Shown piece after piece: positions 13,727 to 25,872 of a DNA stretch of 64,000 bases. The DNA lies in the NCBI GenBank assembly GCA_964035545.1, contig OZ037768.1, positions 7,410,741 to 7,474,740 of the forward strand, read 5' to 3'. A model generated the notes under the pieces. That model was not told the DNA's origin. It searched no databases and saw only the letters and a list, made by a program, of their open reading frames with translations. The stretch's first letter is position 1. Each line of letters starts with the position of its first letter. The translations under genes were made by a program, and so were the position numbers. This stretch comes from Bugula neritina. Its lineage: Eukaryota; Animalia; Bryozoa.

Positions 13727-16700
13727 ATGGCTGCACATGGCTCAAATAAAAATGCTAACAAAATATCTGGAAAGAAGAAACCTAGGAGGCAGCCCAGTTT
13801 ACTTAGAAAGCCTGTGATAGAAGTAAGGGGTAAACTAGGAAAAGCACAAAAGTCAAAAAAGAAAAAGATCAAGAAAGTGGGAAGTTCAACGATAGACTTC
13901 TATGAAGCAAAAGTTGAAGGCACAAAACCGGTCAGGTAAGCCGTAACTCGTAAGACCAACTCCGAGAGTTAGAGCAATAGTGAGACTGTCACTTAGAGTC
14001 AGAGTGAATTTCAGATAGTTGTCTCGAGTTTGAATGGTTTTTAGGACATGCAATGCTAGAGTTTAAGTTCTTACAGTTACACTAAACTTACACTTACAGC
14101 CTGAGTCACTTTACCATGCTCATGCTGAGGGTATCACATTCAGTTTCACTGTAAGTGTATGGTTTACTTAGGTAACTCAAATTGAAACTGAACTCAACCT
14201 TTGATCAGCACTGTTTAGCTGTAACTTACAGCTACGCAGTCACTGCCAGTCAGTGTTAGTGTAAGTGTTAGTGTAAGTGTTAGAGTTTGATCACAATATG
14301 AATTAGAATATTGAATATGAATATCAATATGAATATATAATTATAGTTTTAAAAAGTTACTCTTAGTATAAGTATTAGATTCAGCATTACATTTACTGTA
14401 AGTATAAGTTTTGAGTACATAAGTATAGCTATAAGTATAACAGTATAAGATTAAGTGTTCTATTAGTATTACTATAGGCTAATAATAATCGTTGACATTT
14501 TTATTTACTATATTGCATTTACTGATTTAGTGATTTACACTGTACAGTATGAGTATTAGTATTTAGTAATCAATGGTTGTTATAATCCTAAGGCTAATGA
14601 AAGAGGCAATGGCTAATAGCTAATATTTAATTTTATGGTTGTTGTCAATGTTAAAAGTTCAAGTTCATAATAACTCATTCATTAACTTATTAACTCAAAG
14701 TCAGTCAATTAATGGGTACAGTAAGTCACTAAATGTTACGCTCAAAATCATATGTGTGTCATTTGCCAACTTTTCAGAGTTGTAAAATAATTGCCGGAAT
14801 TCGACCCAGACCTCCGGCTAGCAAGCAGGCCTGCTAACCAATTGCACCACAGGGGCCTCGGGATTTCCTAACAACACCATTTCATTTGATCGAGTTTATA
14901 TTTATAGAATAGGCCCACAAATCACACAACTATTTACTAAGATTTGCATACATGCTTGTTGAACACTGGCTTTATAAAAATTTTTATGAACCTGTTCTTC
15001 ATCTAAATATGCTGTATATAAATCAATATGCTATTTTATTGGCCGAATTCTTTCTAATAGTTGATATTTAATACTTGATAGGCCAGATTCCACCATTATT
15101 AATGCTGCTCCAAAAGATTTACAGCAAGAAATTCCAAAAAAACTGAGAGAATTGATGAAAAGTAGAGAGCAATTAGCTCTCGAATCACAACTGTCTAAGC
15201 GGAAGCGGCGGGCCATCAAAGTAGGTGTGTTGATCGAATCATTGTAAAATATACATGTCGTTGCTATAATTGTGAATTCTGTCTTTGTGCACCACAACGG
15301 ATGGGGTTTTCTAATCATGCTTCTTGGTCATTGTTTTTTAACATTTATATATGTAGGTATGTTTTGCTGAACTCAAGTAAAAACTAAATAAAAAAAATAA
15401 AAACTCATTTATTTTATTTATTCATGTTTATTAATCTTTAGTATGTTCTGAATATTTTGCAGAGAAGGAAAAGAAGAAAGAGGAGGCGGTTGATACTTGG
15501 TTCAAAAGACCAGTTAAGGCTGTTCCTAAGTTTGAGAAAAAGCATAATGAAAGTGACCGTGCTTTCTACGCTAGAGTTGAACGAGAGTCAAACGAGTTTA
15601 TGAAAATAGCCAAGTATGAAGACGAGAATGAATGTAAAGTGGTAACAAATGAAAAAGGAGAAATTCAAATTGAAAAGAGGATACGTAGAAAACAAATCAA
15701 AACCAAAGAGTGAGTGGAAGTAGTCAATAGATGGATGCATTACCTGCATGTTGTCAGATTTTGAAGCTTCTAATGATTATTTTATTTTTTTAAAAAGTAC
15801 CCGTTGTAATTAAAAAATAAACATTCGTAATTTATTTTGAAGGTTTCGTGAAAAAAAGAAATTGCAAAAACAATCTAAACTCAAGAAACATAAAGATTTC
15901 ACAGATTTACAAGGTATGTAGTGAAAGACTACACCGTAGCATAATTTTTTAATTTTCCCATATCTTTTGCAATATAAAATAAGTTATCAGAATAGTTGAT
16001 GATGTTCTGCAAATTTTTTAGACCACGTGGCGTTCAATGAAAGAACAGATAGGCCTCCAGAGGAGCTAGCTTTACCAAGAAAGGCTTCAGATAAAGAAAA
16101 AGTATGTTATCTCTCTAGTAATATTGAACAGTATAAGTCAGTTATTAGAGACAATATTGAGCTGCGTTTACTTGTAAAAAGGCCTGTTTAGCCAATTATC
16201 TATCACTAGACAAGCTATTGAGACTTCAGCAGTTTCTCTCCTTGTAGTACTTGTATGAGTCAAACTTGATCTGTGTTGAAGACAGAAAATAAAATATATA
16301 GCTTAAATTTACTATAAAATAATATCGTTGATGAGGGTTTATTTAAAATACTAGATCTTCAAAACATTAGCTGTGATCTCAAAATAGGCACAGTGTATTA
16401 AGGATTTTTGCTTTTTAAACTATCGTATTGGGTTAGATAAACGGAAGAATGTAATCTATTACTCTATTCACTCGTTTATAGAGTTGAAATTGTATGGTTC
16501 TTTCTAGCAGCTTTTTTGTGTACTTACTATAACTTAGACAAAGTTGAACACATGAGCTTTGAAATTGTCAATTTTTTAAACTATGATTGACCAATGTTTA
16601 GATAGGCTAAGATCTCTTCTTTGCAATGAAAGTTAGAAAGTACTTTTATACAAAGCCATGTACTTTATTGTTCACTGTTCTTTTAATTTTAAACTTTTAG

Positions 16701-16874
16701 TCTGCCAAGTTGAATTCCTTAAATTTGATGGGGTTGTTAAATAATCCTTCAAAAAAGAAAGTAACTCCATTGAAATCATGGGCATATAAAGAGAAAATAG
16801 ATGAGGAAAGACAAAGAGCCATAGACATGTACAGAAGAATTAAAGCTAAAAAGAGATCCGATCCACTAACTTGA
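13727..16874 (+). CDS. CCDC137: Coiled-coil domain-containing protein 137; exons 13727-13935, 15082-15224, 15463-15709, 15843-15913, 16022-16101, 16701-16874
   Basis: All introns are GT-AG and phase-consistent. The peptides QQEIPKKLRELMKSR, AVPKFEKKHNESDRAFYARV, DHVAFNERTDRPPE and EERQRAIDMYRRIK match recalled CCDC137 blocks (QEIPFRLREIMRSR, AVPKFKQRKGESD, DTVKFGEVVLQPPE, EERERAVQAYRALK). Confidence 0.85.
14793..14856 (-). mobile_element. tRNA-derived SINE head or tRNA pseudogene in CCDC137 intron 1
   Basis: Minus strand reads GCCCCTGTGGTGCAATTGGTTAGCAGGCCTGCTTGCTAGCCGGAGGTCTGGGTCGAATTCCGGC. It has an A box, a B box and an imperfect anticodon arm, but the 3' acceptor stem cannot pair. Confidence 0.6.
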
Positions 16875-17540
16875 CAACATTTTACTGACATGTAAATTCA
16901 TTACATTTAATTCAATGACCTTAGAATCTAATAATCAAATGTTTTTTATATCTTGTTTTTAAGTTTTATTAAAATATTTAATACAACTGGCTTGAAATTC
17001 CTTTATTGGTTAATTCAGTGTGTTTAGTTTATTGAACAGTTTTTTTTACAGAAGTAGGAAAATATTTACAGATGAATTATCAACATTTACTATACATGAA
17101 ATATTCAACTCTATAGTCTATTGTTGTATAAACAATAACTTTCCAGGAAATTGTAGAAGTACCTTCTTCAATTATGTGCAAAAACAAAAATGTTAGAGGC
17201 TTTGTGAAACATAAGGAAACTGTTTGCTGTTAATATGAAGTTCTTTAAGAATAATTTGAGCTTCAAATAATAATTAAAAACATGCTAGATTATAAATTTA
17301 TTTTGTTACTCATGATATAATTGATACAAGGCATCAAACTGTCAACAGGATTTTAATAACCTCACCTAATTTGAGTCATCATTTCAAATTGACAGTATTC
17401 ACGTGACATGAATTCTTGCACATTAACATCAAATATCCTACACAACCCAGTTGAAAACTTCCCACATATTTGAAATAAGTTGAAAATTGGTTTTCTGTGG
17501 GTGGTGTAGTGTATAAATTCCTCTTTCAGAATTTGGGGCG

Positions 17541-20500
17541 TTATTTAATGTCCATAAATGTTATATCGGTGTCCAACAAAATCTTCCCAGGTAATGGAGC
17601 AGGGGCTGGTGACAATATCATAAATCTCGATCTTTCCATATCAACTTCGGTTCTGTTGAACATGAGCACAAGTTGATATATTAAAAAATGGAAGTACTAG
17701 AATAATAATATAGAATAATATGTTAGCATAATATGCAGTAAAGTGTGGGTATACTATTTGTGCACAGAATAAAATATATTTTGTGATTATCTAATTGATA
17801 TTTTATGAATACTATAATAATAAACAAATGATGAAAAAATTTATCCCTATACAAATCCTACGATTAACAAGAGAAGATTTTGTCAATAAATATTTGAGCC
17901 AAGATTAAAATCAAAGTACTGAAAACATCAATGTGACAGTTTACAGAGAATGAGATTATCTGTCTTGAAACTAAATGCATTATTAAAGCTTTTCATCAGA
18001 TTACTAATCTACCAATAAATCACACTTCACCATTACCTAATACTAACATAATACGTAAAGCTCAAGATCTATGAACCAAGTAATTGATTCGGAGGCAGGA
18101 TCGCACCACCGCTACCATAAAACAATTGCTTGGCTCACTGATTTTAAGCTTTCACTCTTTCGAACTATGAAAAATAATTCAAGATGTTAATATCTAGTGC
18201 TCGTAGTGTTAGCAATCACAGCACGCAAGGAAATCACATGTTCATAGTATCAAAAGTAGGCGATCCATACTGTAACATGAGAAAATTACTAATTTCAAAT
18301 TCCTAAGTTATTCGACAGACATTACCAGCATATTATGCTTTGTTGGCACTTATCATTGTTTAATTTATGAAAAAATACTTTTACTGCACATGCACTTAGA
18401 ATTAGCATTGCCCTTGATTTGTCAGCAGTAGAAATGTGAGCTGTTTCACTATGTTGCATAACCATGATAAAAAGGTCATGGGGTTAGATTGTTGGAGGAG
18501 AAAGTTAGACAATGAATCAGTTCATCTCAATGCAGGGTGTTACCAACAATTAAGTAATGTAGTACTAAATAATGTAGTATCAGCTTTTACTTTAAATTAA
18601 CACAACAACTATGCTAAAACATTGCTTTTTTATTCTTTCTCAAGGAAAATTTCATACTTTAGAGAAAGGACACTAGAGTGTTGCAAAAATGTCATCAATT
18701 ACCAATTCTAATATATCATATACTTGATATATAAAGTCAGTTTGCTCAAGTAACAACAAAACTGTATGTTTTATTACTTACATGACTATAAACCCAGACA
18801 CAGGGCTGTAGACAGATTTCTCTGCACCCCCCTCACCAGCACACAAACTTAGCACGTGATACCTCAGAGCTTCACCTGTATTACCATATCACAATAAAGG
18901 TGAGTGACGCAACATTTATTCAACACAAATCATCACATAAAACTGCAAGACTGTAAGAATCTGAGCTAAAAAATACACAATTGAAATTACCATACTTGTG
19001 ATATGAGTGAGAAAACATCATCTGCTGGTATAATTAGTAACCCGAAAGAGCAGCTATAAAGGTAAACTCACTAATGTGATAGAAATTGCAATTTTCAACA
19101 TATAATTAATTAGTGTTGCAACCCTGTGAGAGAATACAAAAGATATATTCAATCATAAACACAGACATACTCAGTATGTATTCAATAACCTCAAATTTAC
19201 ATGAAAATGAAAAATTGAGTAAAACATCTGACAAGACTTCCAGTTTGCCAATAATCACAGGATACATTATGGTTCCCAGTGCCCATTATATGCTATTATT
19301 ATACACATTGATGTCTTATGCAATGAGTCAATGAGATAAAGTTGGTATACAAAGCATTACAGGTAGCAAGAAGTATTCCACAATTGTTCTATTTTACATA
19401 GAAAATTGACATTTCAATCACAGGCAAGGTCAGTGTAAACAGTTGTAAGTTTTATGAGCTATTCTTTACACACCAGTTTTTACAAATTGATAGAAAAATG
19501 AATATTACACACACATAGCAAAGGCTTGACGTATGCTGCAATACAGTGAAGTACAGTTAAGTCAATGATGCAACCAGTATTATAGAGACACACCCACAAA
19601 ATATTTTTTATGTGGATTTACATCTCTAAGCCTCTAATGATTTAATTAGTTATAATAACATGAGTTGCCAAAACACTCAACCCTGGGTACTGTGTTTTTT
19701 CCTGTCATCTAATTAGCAGGGACAGTAATATCAATAATATAACAGCAAATGTCCACATAATCATAATAATCTCGGTCAGCAATTATCCTAATATATAGAT
19801 TAGTCATTGAGCTAAAATTTAATCTCAATAATTTAAGTAGATTTACAGCTTTTATAGAAGCTTAACAGATAATCCAAACTAGATTCTGATAAGTCATCTA
19901 GAAAATCAAACCACTAAAGAGACGTACCATACTGTATATACAGTGTTAGAGATGTACCACACAGTATATACAGTGTTAGAGATGTACCATACAGTATATA
20001 CAGTGTTAGAGATGTACCATACTGTATATCCAGTGTTAGAGATGTACCACACAGTATATACAGTGTTAGAGACGTACCATACAGTATATACAGTGTTAGA
20101 GATGTACCATACAGTATATACAGTGTTACAGACGTACCATACAGTATATATAGTGTTAGAGACGTACCATACAGTATATACAGTATTAGGTGGAACTAAG
20201 ATAGCTTACTTGGCACCATTGGCATCAGCTTTGTCTCCCCCTGTTCCATCACCATGCCAAGAGGTAACAAGGAGGCTGGCAACTCAGGAGCTATAAAACA
20301 GTAGGAATCATTATACTCTAAGATATTATAGTTGGATTTACTATACTTTAATATATTACAGCTGAATATATTATAAATCACACCTTTTACATTTGGAAAT
20401 TGACATGTTTACAAGTGTATTCTAGCTATATTCTAAAATATATCTTTTATTTGGTACTTAAAGAAGCAAATGCCTCGTAACAAAAAACTCACACATTAAA

Positions 20501-23500
20501 AATGAGTTTCAAACATAAAACACTTGACGTTATAAATATATTAATTTGCAAAACACATTAGTTCATGTGACCTACATATTGTCTCACCAAATTACTCCAA
20601 AGTTGCAATAATAACTGAGGCCATAAACTCAACGATATATATACAAAACTTTCTAAGAGTTATCCTAACTTACAACAAAGTAAAGCAGAGAAGCAGATTT
20701 TAACTTTCCTCACCGCCAATTTTATATATGCTGACTTCTGAAAAGTTGACATAGAAACAGTGAGGAGACAATTCCTTATCAATGCCATAAAAGTAATTTC
20801 TAACCCTAGAATCTCTACTAGTCGCACGTGTTTGCCTAGTCCTGTTCACCACCTAATAACAAACCAATAAACTATCAAATACTTGATGGATTAAGATACA
20901 ATATATCAAGATTAAAGTGCAGCTACCCAAACAGAACTGTAGCTATCTAGGTGAGAAAGGTGATAATATCAAGATTAGATTAATTACAGATGTTGTCAGA
21001 ATGTTTGTCATGTTTCAACATACTGCAGAAAAAATACTAACACATGGCCTAGAAAAACTAATAAAAAATCTAGTATTAATTCAGAAAATTTTATTTGATT
21101 AAATTTGAAAGCAAAGTAGGAATCTGAAAAGCAGACAATGAAGCTAAAACTTACGCCTCCTGATTTTTGCAGCTGAATTATCTTCACAAAGTCTGGCATA
21201 TCTCGTCTAAGTTCAGTGTACAGTCTCTCCTGGTCTATCACAATGATGATGTTCACCTCAAATACACTCGCTATGTGTATTAAACTTTTGTATCCTGCAT
21301 CCTTTATCCAGCCACATGTGTTGATTATACACCCACTAACATTGGCTGCAAAGTATACACATTATACAAGCTCAATACATTTACTGTACAAGTTTGATAC
21401 ATTTTATGATAAGTAATCATCTATGAAATTTATCATGCAGCTACCAAATTATTTTTTTATGGTTCAGTATTGTAACCAGCTTTTATGAATATGAAAAATG
21501 TTGATTCAGGCATAATACATATTCTACCTAGTAGCTGTATTATATACAAATAGTAAAAAACATAACATTGTTGTTTCAAGCATAAATTTTTACATGTTTG
21601 TGAGATTTAGCTAAAATTTAACATTAATAAAATTTAAGTATTTCAGGCAGCCTTACCATTAGAATTATGAGAGCACCTGTCGTTGATAGTCTGTGAAAGA
21701 GAGCTAATAACCTTAGTGTAGAGTGACAAGTTGTCACCAGGTGCTTTATGTCCAAAATGATAGACCAACGGTATTGCTTGCGGGTAGCCAGTTTCTATAT
21801 CATGAGGCCTCTGAACAATGAGTGCCCCTAAGTTCAGACGATGATCAAACATGAATTGCAGCAACATGCCTTTGAAGCATAAACATCAAGCACAATTCTT
21901 CATAAGACTCTGAATTAATTTTTCAACCATAGATGGCATAAGCTATTTCATTACATATAAAATAGCAAAAATACTTTTTTAGACGAAACTGATACCGCCT
22001 TGTAAACAAGTTACTGGAAAGAAGCAATCACCCACAGTTTATGGAATAATATTTAAATGCTACTAGATTCTAGAAACTCACCCATGCTTCCAGGTATAGA
22101 GATTTCTCCTTGGCCCACGTCTAAATCTACAAATATTGGAATTCTTTCTAACCTGAAAGCATAGAATATTAAAGCTAAATTAAAAAAATTGATTTTTCAG
22201 GACTGAATATACCACAATTAAAATATAAAACTAATGTAGCATTGGAATTTATATATTAAAAAGCTAAATTAAAAACCAATTACAATGAACCATATATTCT
22301 TTTTCGATGCATTACCTTATAATTAATTGAACTCTATGTATAATACTTGAGATGCTATACCTTGCTGCATAGTTGACGAGAATGCGGGATAACGTACTTT
22401 TGCCGACATCTACAGGCCCGGCTATCATAACCCTTGGGCCTCTAATAGACTTCTCGGCAGCTTGATCTCTTAACTGCTCCAAGGCAGCGTGTACATTCAT
22501 GTAGGTGATCATCGGCGTTTGTTTGGCTATGTAGGATACCTCAATAGGTCCCACCAAGTGTAAGAGCAAAGTTAAGGAAAACAATCGTACAAAACAGTAT
22601 AAAAAAAACTTTAAAAATAAATTAGTTTCTTTCTGTCAGTTAACGAATTCCAATGGCAACGTAAACCATTCACGACAAGTTTTCTTTACAATGCTGAATA
22701 TTGGACAATCACAATGCACTGTCTTTATACACGCAAATATAAACATATCATTTGACTTATGATCATATAATGATGGTAAGCCGGTGAATGTAATAAGGAA
22801 ACATTTATAAATAAGCTGAAAAAAAGACAGTAGCAGTAATTTCAATCTTAGGAAGTTATTAATGAACATCATTAATATTTTCAACAGAAGACAACTTCTA
22901 CTATCAAGTAGTCAGTAGCTTCACCTGTAATTTATTTATTAGCATCAGCACAGTAGAATGTTAAAGGCTAGGGCTTAATTAGTCTGAGAACCCAAGTTGC
23001 GAGAGCTAGGCCTGATGCAATCTGCAGAAACTCTTGTTGGTAAAAATGCGACATAAACAACTATTGAGCTATTGAAGCAGTTTGACAATCTCATAATTTT
23101 CAGACTTTCATTTCACATTCCATGTTAGCAAAAGAGTTGTGGTTCCAAGCTGCTAAAATCTACACCTTAGAAATCTGGCCCAGAATTTAGATTTTAAATT
23201 TTATATAAGTAGTAGGTAACTATTAACGCATTCTATATTAATATGATTAATAATCATAGCATTAAATATCAACTATATTTTATAAGCGTACTGATTGAAA
23301 ATGACCATAATTCCCATTTTTGAACCAACCAATGAAGAATCTAATATAAAATAAAGATTACCCTATGAAAATACACGTCTGCAAAGGATATTTTTACAGT
23401 GCAAGTCTTGTAAGTAAAAACGGAACATGTAGCTGTTGCATGAAATGTGTAAACTCTATTATGAATCAGTTCTGTTCCAAAAATCTCTGCTTCTCCTGTT

Positions 23501-24024
23501 AACAGCTGAAACAGTAAAATGGCATAAAATAACCAAAGAAAATACAATTACTTCAGTTGGCAATGAATTACTAACATAGATTATAACTTACAGACAATGA
23601 GAGAGAGTAATTAATACAGAACATAACATGAATTTAATTTGTAAATATAAACACATGAATATTATTTTAAATTCTTGTATGCACACACATTACAAACAGC
23701 ACCTATTATTGATTGTAAACGAAAACCTACTACACCAGGTGGCACTAATTAAATTCTAACAAATGAAAAAAGAAGATCTGGTACAATACCTCAAGTGTTG
23801 CAGGGCCGGAGGATGCAACTTCAAATCTCAGTTCATTCAACTCTTCTAAATCATGCACGATTTCCTAAACAGCGCAAAAAATGTATGCAAATTGTTATAA
23901 AGTTTTGTCAGAAAAATAACCAAAGCTGAACTACATCTTTTCCTTTTGATGCACAATACTATTTGTAATCTAAATTAAATGTTAACGTTATATAATATTA
24001 CTTTACCTTGGTATTTGCTGCCAT
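17541..24024 (-). CDS. CLP1: Polyribonucleotide 5'-hydroxyl kinase Clp1; exons 24024-24007, 23864-23790, 23505-23392, 22557-22361, 22152-22082, 21827-21657, 21345-21155, 20852-20714, 20290-20210, 18875-18782, 17652-17541
   Basis: Contains [17 protein letters not shown]-loop [36 protein letters not shown] and C-terminal [10 protein letters not shown]...FMDIK*. All 11 exons join in frame. Confidence 0.93.
19921..20189. repeat. 30-bp minisatellite, 9 units (GATGTACCATACAGTATATACAGTGTTAGA), in a CLP1 intron
   Basis: Tandem units at exact 30-bp spacing from 19921 to 20161. Confidence 0.95.
22558..23391 (-). other. U12-type (minor spliceosome) AT-AC intron, CLP1 intron 3, 834 nt
   Basis: 5' end ATATCCTTT (from 23391), branch site TTTTCCTTAAC (22581-22571), terminal AC (22559-22558). 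Removal gives in-frame TCTVK|[16 protein letters not shown]. Confidence 0.92.
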
Positions 24025-24665
24025 GATTCCTAAATTAGTACAGTGTCTGGCCAACAATTAAACTCGTTACTCCTGTAAATGTGAACATAAGTATTAACAC
24101 AACCTAAAACACACAGGTTTCACTTAGATCTTGTATATACTATATTACAATGATCAATCATGTTTAATTTCATGTATTGCTGCATCTATATCAGCAGTAA
24201 ACTTTAACCTTTCTAATATGGTAAGCGGAATAAAAATAAGAAGTACATTTAGTATAAATATAAACCTTGTATAATAAATTAGAACACCCATCACAAAAAT
24301 ATGAATGTTGCGGCCAGATTTTAAACAGGAACTTTCTATGAAATTTTCAATTATATACTCAGAATTAGTAAGTACATTAATAAGAAGCAAATCAACGAGT
24401 CATCATAAAGGGAAAGGGAAAGGGAAGGGAAAGGCCCGTACAGGCATCAAACTAAAAATATTGGCTCTCAAAAGTTAATATCATAATAGTTGTAGTGTAT
24501 GAGTATTTATCAATGTTATTTGACAAAGGTAGACTAAAAGGCAAATGCTTTTAGCACATCGAAACCAATTGCAGTCAGGAATAAATACATTTTTATCAAT
24601 GATAAATATTTACAAATTTAAAAAACTATTATGATAATGGCATCTACAGCAACGACTGTTACTGT

Positions 24666-25872
24666 TCATCTCATCTCATCTCATCTAATTAATCTCACTC
24701 GGAGCGCTTTGGCTCCTTTATCGAGATGCAGTGGTGTATGAACAATTGTTTAGATTATCAGTAGTAAGGAAGAAAACTATTTTGTCTACGAGATAAGAAT
24801 ATAGTTAATTATGCTTCGATTCAAAGCTCAATAGCTAGCTACTGCCAGGAGAGAAAGAAAAAAAGAGAAAAAAAAAAAAAAAAAGTAAATAAATAAATAG
24901 ATATACACCGCACAGCTTCAGATGATATAAAGCAGAGTCGGTGTTAAGTGCTTATAATCAGTTAGGCAAAGCAGCTAGAATCATTAGAAAAGTTTATGTA
25001 TGCGATGTTTATATGAATGTTTGGCAGTTTTGGTATTGATATTGCCCTTAATAGCACCATGTCTGGTATTGTGAGACTCTGCAAAATGAAGGGAGAACCG
25101 GTCTTGGTCTATAGCGGCACTACCAGAAAGCATACGAAAGTACATTTTTTGGTCTGCATTGTCACGTCTTTGTGCAAGGCTATCCCAATTAGAATTTGTC
25201 ATGAGCTCAGTTATATGATTTCGTTTTCTCTTACAGAATGTCCACCTGAAGGCTTTTCTATTTATACCTTCTATGATGTTGATGTTTTTCAATTTAAATG
25301 GAGACCAGGTGTGGGTCGCAAATTCTAGTATAGGGCGACAGACTGTTTTATAAGCTATGGCTCTGGTTTTACTTTTAGCCTTTTTTAGACAGCGCATCAG
25401 CATGTGTAATAATTTATTAGCTTTTGAGCAAATGTTTATTATATGTTGATCGAATGACAGTTTATTATCAATCGTGACACCAAGGTATAATACTTTGTCA
25501 ACACATTGTAAGGGGTCATTATTCATGCTGTATTGAGACACTAGAGGATTTACAGTGGAGCGTTGAATTGTCATATGCTCACATTTATTTATATTGAACT
25601 TCATCTGAGAACTGTCTGCCCAAGTTATAAGATGGTCTAAGTCATTCTGAAATAAACTAGAATCAGCAGGTGTTGTGATTGGTTTGTACAACAAGGAATC
25701 ATCTGCATATAGTTTAAGCTTGCTGTTGGCTACCGCAGAGTGCATGTCATTTATGTACACATTAAATAACAATGGTCCTAATACACTGCCTTGGGGCACT
25801 CCTGAGGTCACATGTCTAGTGGCCGATTTGACGTTGTTGACACAGACTGAAAGAAGACGGTTCTGAATATTG
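24666..25872 (-). mobile_element. 5'-truncated non-LTR retrotransposon (CR1/L2-like) with partial RT ORF
   Basis: ORF 24984-25904 carries VTSGVPQGSVLGPLLF, LYADD and YLGV RT motifs but lacks the N-terminal RT and endonuclease. The 3' UTR ends in a (GATGA)4 tail at 24666-24685. Confidence 0.85.

Noticed and set aside
14793-14856. Functional tRNA gene
   Set aside because: The acceptor stem cannot form and the anticodon and T arms are defective; better explained as a SINE head or pseudogene.
19921-20189. CRISPR-like array (also considered for 50411-50949) and the 117-aa ORF at 19943
   Set aside because: Head-to-tail repeats with no unique spacers, no cas genes and a eukaryotic intronic context.
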